DNA of 64,000 bases from the NCBI GenBank assembly GCA_963678065.2, contig CAXXVZ010000002.1, positions 416,001 to 480,000 on the forward strand, given 5' to 3'. Shown here piece after piece: positions 56,873-64,000 of this stretch (position 1 is the stretch's first letter; each line of letters begins with the position of its first letter). Position numbers and translations under genes: made by a program. The notes under the pieces were generated by a model that had not been told where the DNA came from, made no database searches, and worked only from the letters and a program-made list of their open reading frames with translations. Source of the stretch: Treponemataceae bacterium (GTDB lineage: Bacteria; Spirochaetota; Spirochaetia; Treponematales; Rectinemataceae).

Positions 56873-58747
56873 ATGGTGATCCGAAAACCGGTGTTCGCTG
56901 AGCTGAAAGTTCCGGAGATCTCGCCCTCGGGCTGGCTGAAGAGACAGCTCTCGATCCAGCTGCACGGGCTGACCGGGAACCTGGACAAATTCTGGCCGGA
57001 TGTCAGGGACAGCAGATGGTTCGGCGGCTCCTGCGAAGGCTGGGAGAGGGCGCCCTACTGGCTGGATGGGGCTCTACCCCTGGCATATCTCCTCGCCGAC
57101 GGCGAGCTGATCGGGCGGATAGAAAAGTATCTGGACTACATCATCGGTCACCAGGAATCAGACGGCTGGCTGGGGTCCAAGGACATGAACAGCCAGCTTT
57201 CATCGACAGGATCGGACGGGAATTACGATATCTGGCCTCAGTTCCTCATGCTCAAGGTGCTGGTCCAGTATTACGGGATCAAGGAAGAGCCGAGGGTCCT
57301 GGATTGCATCGAGAGGGCCTTGCGCTCGGTGGACAACCATATAAACAGGTATCCGATCTTCAATTGGGCGCAATTCAGATGGTTCGAGGCGCTGATCTCC
57401 ATACTCTGGCTGCATGAAAAAACGAAAGAAGCCTGGCTGATCGACCTTGCGATAAAGCTGAAATCCCAGGGCTTCGATTGGAAAGAGTTTTTCAAGAACT
57501 GGCCCTTCAAAAATCCGACGCCCAAAAATACATGGAACTACATGTCCCATGTCGTGAACAACGCCATGGCTGTCAAGTCCTCGGCTCTGTGGTACAGAAT
57601 CTCGGGGGAAAACGATGATCTTCTCGCCGTCGACAGCATGATTTCCCAGCTGCATGAGTTCCATGGGACGGCGGTGGGCACCTTCACGGGCGACGAGTGC
57701 CTGGCGGGCACGAGCCCGATACACGGCACGGAACTCTGCGCGGTCGTGGAATACATGTTCTCCCTGGAAGAGATCATCAGAAGTACCGGAAAGCTGGAAT
57801 ACGCGGACAGGCTGGAGACGATCGCCTTCAACGCGCTTCCGGCGACCCTCTCCGACGACATGTGGAGTCATCAGTACGATCAGCAGGTCAATCAGATACA
57901 GTGCAGCGTGGGCGATGCCTGGCCCTGGCTCACGAATGGTGGAGAATCCAACATATTCGGCCTCGAGCCGAATTTCGGCTGCTGTACCGCGAATATGCAC
58001 CAGGCCTGGCCGAAATTCGCGAAGTCGCTCTGGCTGCGGGGCGAAAACGATGATCTGACGGTCGCCAGCCTGGCGCCCTGTGAAATAAACGCGAAGATCA
58101 AGGGCCAACCGGTGCGCATATCGGTCGAAGGCGATTATCCCTTCGGCGATCATGTGGAAATCGCCATCGAGAACGCGAAGGCGATCCACTTCTCCATCCA
58201 TATCAGAGTGCCGGAATGGGCCGGCAGGATACGCGTCTCGCGCTCCGGCGAGCGCATCGCGCCGGCCTCGGGCCTGGTGCGCATCCCGATCGACGCCGAA
58301 CGCGAACGAGTGACGATAGACCTCGATCCGGAAATACGTATCCTGACCCGGAGCGCGCGCTCGGTGTCGGTGCAAAGAGGCGCCCTCGTATATGCGCTGC
58401 CCATCCGTCCTGTATGGAAAAGAATCAACGAATCGATGGAAGGACGGGAGCTTCCCCACGGCGACTGGGAATTGTATCCGGCCACGCCGTGGAATTACGC
58501 GCTCTCCAGCCGCGGGATGAGGGCCGGCGCCTGCGAAGTCGGCGAGATTCCCTTCTCGGGCGACGCGCCTCCGATAAAGATCGCGGCGAAGGGGAAGGAA
58601 GTCAGGAACTGGGAGCGAACAGGGGGCTGCATCGCCGCGCCGCCTGAAACGATGGAGCTCGGAATGGAGAAGGACCTGGAACTCGTGCCCTACGGCTGCG
58701 CGAAACTGCGGATCGCGGAGTTTCCGTGGGCGGGGGATGCGCGATGA
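56873..58747 (+). CDS. Glycoside hydrolase family 127/146 (beta-L-arabinofuranosidase-like)
   Basis: 'WER.PYWLDG', 'HVVN', 'ELC.VVE', 'CCTAN..Q.WP', 'LVPYG...LRI.EFP'. Confidence 0.85.
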   Translation: MVIRKPVFAELKVPEISPSGWLKRQLSIQLHGLTGNLDKFWPDVRDSRWFGGSCEGWERAPYWLDGALPLAYLLADGELIGRIEKYLDYIIGHQESDGWLGSKDMNSQLSSTGSDGNYDIWPQFLMLKVLVQYYGIKEEPRVLDCIERALRSVDNHINRYPIFNWAQFRWFEALISILWLHEKTKEAWLIDLAIKLKSQGFDWKEFFKNWPFKNPTPKNTWNYMSHVVNNAMAVKSSALWYRISGENDDLLAVDSMISQLHEFHGTAVGTFTGDECLAGTSPIHGTELCAVVEYMFSLEEIIRSTGKLEYADRLETIAFNALPATLSDDMWSHQYDQQVNQIQCSVGDAWPWLTNGGESNIFGLEPNFGCCTANMHQAWPKFAKSLWLRGENDDLTVASLAPCEINAKIKGQPVRISVEGDYPFGDHVEIAIENAKAIHFSIHIRVPEWAGRIRVSRSGERIAPASGLVRIPIDAERERVTIDLDPEIRILTRSARSVSVQRGALVYALPIRPVWKRINESMEGRELPHGDWELYPATPWNYALSSRGMRAGACEVGEIPFSGDAPPIKIAAKGKEVRNWERTGGCIAAPPETMELGMEKDLELVPYGCAKLRIAEFPWAGDAR

Positions 58748-59670
58748 AAAAGAACCCGTTTGGAAAAGCGGTGGCGAAGGAGCTCGCGTACAATGGACAG
58801 CTGTATCTTCTGTCCCTGCCCGCCATCCTGTACTTCCTGATATTCTGCTATTTCCCCATGTACGGCGTCCAGATCGCGTTCAAGGACTTCAATCCCGTGC
58901 TCGGAATAACCGGAAGCCACTGGAACGGATTCAAACAGTTCGTCAGATTTTTCAATTCCTATCAGTTCACGATCGTCTTCAAGAACACGATCGTGCTCAG
59001 TCTCTACAGCCTGATCGCCGGATTTCCGATCCCCATCATCCTTTCGCTCTTCCTGAACCAGATGCGCGGGCGAACTTTCAAGAAAATCGTCCAGACGGTG
59101 ACCTTCGCCCCGCACTTCATCTCCATACCGGCCATGGTGGGAATGCTCATCATCATGCTCTCCCCCAACACGGGCATACTCAACAAGCTGATCAGCTTTC
59201 TTTCCGGAAAGGACGCGGGCGTCATCATCGGCAACACTTCGATTTTCAGCTCGCTCTATGTCTGGTCGGGAATCTGGCAACACATGGGCTGGGAGGCGAT
59301 CATCTACATCGCGGTGCTGACCTCGGTGAACCCCGAGCTCTATCAGGCGGCAGAAATCGACGGAGCCGGAAAACTCAGAAAGATACTGTCCATCGACATC
59401 CCCGCGATCATCCCGACCGCCGTGACCCTGCTGATTCTCAACTCGGGCAGGATCCTCAGTGTCGGGTTCGAGAAGGTCTTCCTGATGCAGAACAGCATGA
59501 ACGCGAGCGTCTCGGAAGTGATATCCACCTATGTCTACAAGGTCGGGTTGATAGGCGCGGATTACAGTTACTCGGCCGCGATCGGATTGTTCAACTCGGC
59601 CATCAATCTGGTGATCTTGCTGGCTGTGAACAATATCGCGAGAAAGACCAGCGATATCAGCCTCTGGTGA
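58744..59670 (+). CDS. ABC permease (LplB/YteP-like)
   Basis: 'PMYGVQIAFKD', 'APHFIS', 'AAEIDGA'. Confidence 0.9.
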   Translation: MKKNPFGKAVAKELAYNGQLYLLSLPAILYFLIFCYFPMYGVQIAFKDFNPVLGITGSHWNGFKQFVRFFNSYQFTIVFKNTIVLSLYSLIAGFPIPIILSLFLNQMRGRTFKKIVQTVTFAPHFISIPAMVGMLIIMLSPNTGILNKLISFLSGKDAGVIIGNTSIFSSLYVWSGIWQHMGWEAIIYIAVLTSVNPELYQAAEIDGAGKLRKILSIDIPAIIPTAVTLLILNSGRILSVGFEKVFLMQNSMNASVSEVISTYVYKVGLIGADYSYSAAIGLFNSAINLVILLAVNNIARKTSDISLW

Positions 59671-59699
59671 TGCTGAAAAACTGATCGAGGAAAGCGGCG

Positions 59700-60572
59700 A
59701 TGAAATTGAGCAAGAACGACCTGGTATTCGAAATATTCGTCAATCTCTTCTTCGTACTCCTGCTGTTGCTCGTCCTGTATCCTCTGTACTTCATCGTGAT
59801 AGCCTCGGTGAGCAATCCGGATCTCACCAATGCCGGAAAGGTGTGGATACTGCCGCGCGATTTCAATTTCGACGGGTACAAGGTGCTCTTCGGGGATCCG
59901 AGAACCTGGATCGGCTACAGGAACACCCTTGTCTACACCTTCGTCGGCACCCTGATCAATCTGCTCTTCACCCTGCCGGCCGCCTACGCCCTGTCCCGAA
60001 AGCAGTTCAAGGCCCGGAAAATCATCAACAAATTCTTCCTGTTCACGATGTTCTTCTCCGGCGGACTCATCCCGACCTACCTTCTGATCAAGAATCTGGG
60101 CATGCTGGATACGATCTGGGCGATCGTGCTTCCGAACGCGGTATCGGTCTGGAACCTCCTCATCACGCGGACTTATTTCCACGAGAGCATACCGGAGGAA
60201 CTCGCGGATTCGGCCTTCATCGACGGATGTTCGCATATACGGTTCTTTCTCTCCGTCGTCATGCCTCTTTCCAAAGTCATCATCGTCGTGATCGCCCTGT
60301 TCTACGGTGTGAGCCACTGGAACGGCTTCTTCCAGGCCCTGATCTATCTCAACGACCCCGGGAAAATCCCCCTTCAGCTCTTCCTGAGGGATATCCTGAT
60401 CCAGCAGCAAAACGTATCCGTCGCTCCGGAAATCGCCAACAGCCTCCGGTACACGGCGAATCTGGTGCAGTATTCCATGATCGTGATCGCGGCCGGCCCC
60501 ATTCTCGTCCTCTATCCCTTTGTCCAGAGATTCTTCGTCAAGGGCGTAATGATCGGCTCGATCAAGGAATAG
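59700..60572 (+). CDS. ABC permease (LplC/YtcP-like)
   Basis: 'FFSGGLIPTY', 'YPFVQRFFVKGVMIGSIK'. Confidence 0.9.
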   Translation: MKLSKNDLVFEIFVNLFFVLLLLLVLYPLYFIVIASVSNPDLTNAGKVWILPRDFNFDGYKVLFGDPRTWIGYRNTLVYTFVGTLINLLFTLPAAYALSRKQFKARKIINKFFLFTMFFSGGLIPTYLLIKNLGMLDTIWAIVLPNAVSVWNLLITRTYFHESIPEELADSAFIDGCSHIRFFLSVVMPLSKVIIVVIALFYGVSHWNGFFQALIYLNDPGKIPLQLFLRDILIQQQNVSVAPEIANSLRYTANLVQYSMIVIAAGPILVLYPFVQRFFVKGVMIGSIKE

Positions 60573-60716
60573 CATCATGTCCGGAACGGCGCATGGTGAG
60601 GTTCCACGGCAGATTTTCATCAAGGAGGTGACGCTGTTTTCTCACGGAACGCGCGGTGCTCTTGCGCCAAAGCCGCGTTCGGACGCCAGAAGTCATTACC
60701 CATGGAGGAGATCGAG

Positions 60717-62339
60717 ATGAAGAAGATCAGAGTCGCATGCCTGATTGCCGTCTTCGGAATCATCCTGGCAGGGACCCTTTCCGCTCAGACGGGCAGCCAG
60801 CAAGCCGCGGACAGAATGAAGAATTTCAACGCGACAGGATATCCTGTCGTCAAGGAACCCGTGACCATAACGATCGCGGCGAAGCACGACATCGCGAAAG
60901 GCCAGAAAAAATACTCCGAGATGCAGGTTTTCAAGGAGATCGAGGCTAGGACCAATGTCAGGATCAACTGGATAGAGATTCCGTCCAGCGCCTGGGTGGA
61001 GAAGAAAAACCTGATGTTCGCCTCCGGCGATCTTCCGGACGCCTTCTGGGGCGAGGGGATCGACGATACAGACATCCTCGCGAATATGGGGAACCTCGTT
61101 CCGATGAACGACCTTCTGAACAAATACGGGCCGAGGATAAAGAAAGTCTTCGCCACGAGGCCCGAGACGAAGAGAACGGTGACCGCTTTCGACGGCAACA
61201 TCTATTCCCTGTTCCGCGTCAGGGAAACCTATTTCCCGGCGACCAGGACCGTCATCGGGATCAACAAAAAATGGCTGGACACTCTCGGTCTCCAGGTCCC
61301 GAAGACGATGGACGAGCTGTATGCGGTCCTGAAACAGTTCAGGGCCCGCGATCCGAACGGCAACGGGAAGGCCGACGAGATCCCCCTCACCTACATGTAC
61401 GCCCTCGGCTCGGGCTCGGTCAGGAATCCGAGCGACCTCTTCGCTCCCTTCGGAGTCTACGACAACACCTCCAACAACGTCCTCACCTATCACCTGATGA
61501 CCAGGAACAACGAAGTCGTGTTCACTCCGGCCGATCCCGGATACAGGGCGGCGATGAACTGGCTCGCGAAATTGTATGCGGAAAACCTGCTCGACAAGGA
61601 GGTCTACGCGGCGACTTCGAATACCTACTACGCCAAGACGAGAAACGCGGACGATATCGTCGGCGTCGTCATCGACTGGACCATCAACAGCGCGGTCGGA
61701 AACGACAGGGACAAGAATTTCGTGCAGCTTCCCCCGCTCACCGGACCGGCCGGCGACAAGGGCTGGACAGTGGTCTCGGGATCGCAGATAGCGAGAAACA
61801 TGTTCCTGATCACCAAAAAGAACAAATTCCCCGAAGCCACGATGCGCTGGGTGGATGAGTTCTACGACCCGTTGACATCGCTGCAGACCTTCTGCGGGCC
61901 CCTGGGAGAAATGTACAAGAAGGACGCGAAGGGCATTCTCGTGCCGATCGATCCGCCGGAAGGCGTCAACTTCGAGTCCTGGAAATGGGGAAACGCCGCG
62001 GCCGACTCTGGCGCCTACGCCGCGCTCAAGGAGTACGAGTCGATGCTCCAGCCAACTGCCTCCCAGATAGCGCGGTATGCGGCGGAGCGCGTCGTCCAGC
62101 CCTATCTGCAGAAGGACCCCTACCCCAATTTCCTGTTCTCCCCCGATGATCTGTCTGTCCTGAGGCAGATAATGCCCGAGATAAACAGCTATGTCCAAAT
62201 GATGCAGGCGAAGTTCGTCGTCGAAGGCGGCGTCGACGCGAAGTGGGAGGGATATGTCGCGCAGCTCAAGAGGATGAAGCTGGACGAAGCGATGGCCATC
62301 TTCTCGAGAGTGTACAAAAAGTCCCTTGATCAGGACTGA
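60717..62339 (+). CDS. ABC substrate-binding protein (LplA-like)
   Basis: Signal peptide; 'ASGDLPD', 'DPNGNGKADEIP'; GGAGGAG RBS. Confidence 0.9.
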   Translation: MKKIRVACLIAVFGIILAGTLSAQTGSQQAADRMKNFNATGYPVVKEPVTITIAAKHDIAKGQKKYSEMQVFKEIEARTNVRINWIEIPSSAWVEKKNLMFASGDLPDAFWGEGIDDTDILANMGNLVPMNDLLNKYGPRIKKVFATRPETKRTVTAFDGNIYSLFRVRETYFPATRTVIGINKKWLDTLGLQVPKTMDELYAVLKQFRARDPNGNGKADEIPLTYMYALGSGSVRNPSDLFAPFGVYDNTSNNVLTYHLMTRNNEVVFTPADPGYRAAMNWLAKLYAENLLDKEVYAATSNTYYAKTRNADDIVGVVIDWTINSAVGNDRDKNFVQLPPLTGPAGDKGWTVVSGSQIARNMFLITKKNKFPEATMRWVDEFYDPLTSLQTFCGPLGEMYKKDAKGILVPIDPPEGVNFESWKWGNAAADSGAYAALKEYESMLQPTASQIARYAAERVVQPYLQKDPYPNFLFSPDDLSVLRQIMPEINSYVQMMQAKFVVEGGVDAKWEGYVAQLKRMKLDEAMAIFSRVYKKSLDQD

Positions 62340-62493
62340 GAGGAGCTCCGGGCTTCATCGGCGTCATCTCCGGGCGGGATGGCGCCGATAATCTTTTTGT
62401 CCGCAGATTTCGCAGAGCCGCGCCATGCCTGTCCGGCCCGGCCCGGCCCGGACAGGCATACCGCTATACCGTGGCGCGTCAAAAGGAATATCC

Positions 62494-63282
62494 GTGAAGA
62501 ACTGTCTCATCGATCTCGATGGAACCATCTACCGGGGAGAAAGGCCCATAGAGCACGCCGCTGCCTTCATCGAATACCTGAAGCGCATCGGGAAAAAGTA
62601 TCTGTTCGTGACGAACTGCCCCTGGAACAGCCCCGCCCGGATCGCGAAAAAGCTTAAGACCATGGGCATCGACGCCGGTGGCGGCAGGGTGCTCTCAAGC
62701 GGCGTTGTCGCCCTGGAATACATACGGGAACATCATCCCGGGAGGAAGGTCTACGCCATCGGCTCTCAGGACTATCTGGAGATGCTCGCGTCGGGCGGAA
62801 TCATTCTGTCCGACGATGAGCCGGACATCGTCCTCGTGGGCTTCGATCCGGATTTCACCTACGCCAAGATGGAGGCGGCCAGCGCTTTCATTCTGCGGGG
62901 AGCCCTCTTCCTGGGAACGAATATCGACGCGACCATTCCCCACGGCGACGCGATCATTCCCCACACCGGGGCGATACTGGCTTCCATCGCGACGGCCACG
63001 GGGAAAACGCCGACCTGTTTCGGGAAGCCCTCGCATTTCATGCTCGACGCGGCCACGAAGGTTATGGGCTGCGGAAAGGACGAATGCGTCGTCATCGGCG
63101 ACAGGATCGATACGGATATCGCATGTGCGGTATCGAACGGCATCCCGGGATACCTCGTCCTGACCGGGTCGTCGACGCGCGAAACGCTCCGGGAGACGGT
63201 CGCGGACAGCGCTATCGCTCCGACCCTCGTCGTCGATAATCTGGGTGAACTCATCGAACTGGACAAAGAAGGGAGGCTCTGA
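62494..63282 (+). CDS. HAD-IIA (NagD-like) phosphatase
   Basis: 'DLDGT', 'TN', 'GKPS', 'GDRIDTDI'; GTG start after AAGGA. Confidence 0.9.
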   Translation: MKNCLIDLDGTIYRGERPIEHAAAFIEYLKRIGKKYLFVTNCPWNSPARIAKKLKTMGIDAGGGRVLSSGVVALEYIREHHPGRKVYAIGSQDYLEMLASGGIILSDDEPDIVLVGFDPDFTYAKMEAASAFILRGALFLGTNIDATIPHGDAIIPHTGAILASIATATGKTPTCFGKPSHFMLDAATKVMGCGKDECVVIGDRIDTDIACAVSNGIPGYLVLTGSSTRETLRETVADSAIAPTLVVDNLGELIELDKEGRL

Positions 63283-63283
63283 A

Positions 63284-64000
63284 ATGGTGGTCAATCCATG
63301 CGATCCCGGCGCGCTCCGGGGCGGCCGGTGGCTGCGGTGCAATTTCCACACACACGCGGGCACAGGCCCCGGAACGTGCGGCTCGAATGGCCTGGAGGAC
63401 GTGATCGAGGCGTACAGACAAAGCAAGTACGATGTCCTGACCATCTCGAACCACGACATCTTCACCAGGACAGAGCAGCTCTCGTCGGGCATCAGGATGG
63501 TCCACGGAGTCGAATACAGCACGCCTCCGCACATGCTCACGATCGGAGTCGAAAAGCATTGGGGTAAATCCCACCAGGAGACCATCGGCCTCGCGAACGA
63601 GTCCGGCGGATACGTGATCCTCTGCCACCCCAACTGGATGGGAAAGGGATACTGGAGCCGCGAAGCTCTGGACGGCACATCGGGCTACAAGGGGATAGAG
63701 ATTCTGAATCCCGTGATTTACCGGCTCTCGGGATCGGGTTATGCCTGCGACGTATGGGACTATCTGTTGTCCCGGGGAAAGCTCGTGTTCGGATTCGGAA
63801 ACGACGATTTCCACATCTGGTACGATCTCGGAAGAAGCTGGACGATGGTAAACGCCGTCTCCGACAGCTGGAACGACATCAGAGCGGCCATGGAATCGGG
63901 GCGGCTCTATGTGTCCACCGGCCTTCGCCTCGACAGCCTCGAACTGAAGGATGGCTCTCTCCACATCAAGGCCGGCTACTTCACCGAGACCTACGTGAAC
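63284..64000 (+). CDS. PHP-family (CehA/McbA-like) metallohydrolase, truncated by the window end
   Basis: Manual translation gives 'RCNFHTH', 'ISNHD', 'GVEY', 'CHPNW', 'GNDDFH'. It is not listed in the ORF track because there is no stop in the window. Confidence 0.8.
   Translation, partial: MVVNPCDPGALRGGRWLRCNFHTHAGTGPGTCGSNGLEDVIEAYRQSKYDVLTISNHDIFTRTEQLSSGIRMVHGVEYSTPPHMLTIGVEKHWGKSHQETIGLANESGGYVILCHPNWMGKGYWSREALDGTSGYKGIEILNPVIYRLSGSGYACDVWDYLLSRGKLVFGFGNDDFHIWYDLGRSWTMVNAVSDSWNDIRAAMESGRLYVSTGLRLDSLELKDGSLHIKAGYFTETYVN

Noticed and set aside
1..64000. rRNA, tRNA, CRISPR arrays, riboswitches
   Set aside because: None recognised by eye. An Infernal/Rfam scan of the intergenic regions would be needed to exclude them.

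Overview
GC-rich bacterial window, possibly from a Spirochaetia-like anaerobe (inference only), made of four blocks. (1) 1-7.6 kb: an envelope-stress cluster (SBP-OmpA fusion, vWA protein, XpaC-like protein), tldD/tldE, and a TetR with a small membrane protein. (2) 7.7-43.4 kb: a large sugar-acid catabolic island with AOR, three CUT1 ABC transporters, an enolase-superfamily dehydratase, 2x KdgK, 2x Eda, a DHDPS-like aldolase, Ldh_2, 3x UroD-family proteins, a TPP E1a/E1b/degenerate E2 set, a UxaE-like epimerase, transaldolase, SDRs, YhcH and FAH. (3) 44.2-56.7 kb: a TetR regulon with a UroD/MtaA-like protein, RarD, a TRAP transporter, an acylating aldehyde dehydrogenase and a two-flavoprotein/CCG Fe-S oxidoreductase. 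(4) 56.8-64 kb: a GH127-ABC-HAD-PHP operon behind a LacI-type operator. The main finding is an intact ISNCY/IS1202-like transposase gene (9465-10622) that has lost its DDE catalytic motifs, lacks recognisable IS ends and has a strong promoter and RBS. Eight copies of a directional 18-bp motif (KGWCADWTCTAWNGAGYD, core GACATTTCTA, resembling IS1202-type transposase-binding repeats) lie in the same island. Each copy points toward its downstream gene and starts 32-35 bp upstream of a candidate -35 box, which is the class I activator position. The proposed system is a domesticated transposase acting as transcriptional activator of the catabolic island; this is an untested inference.
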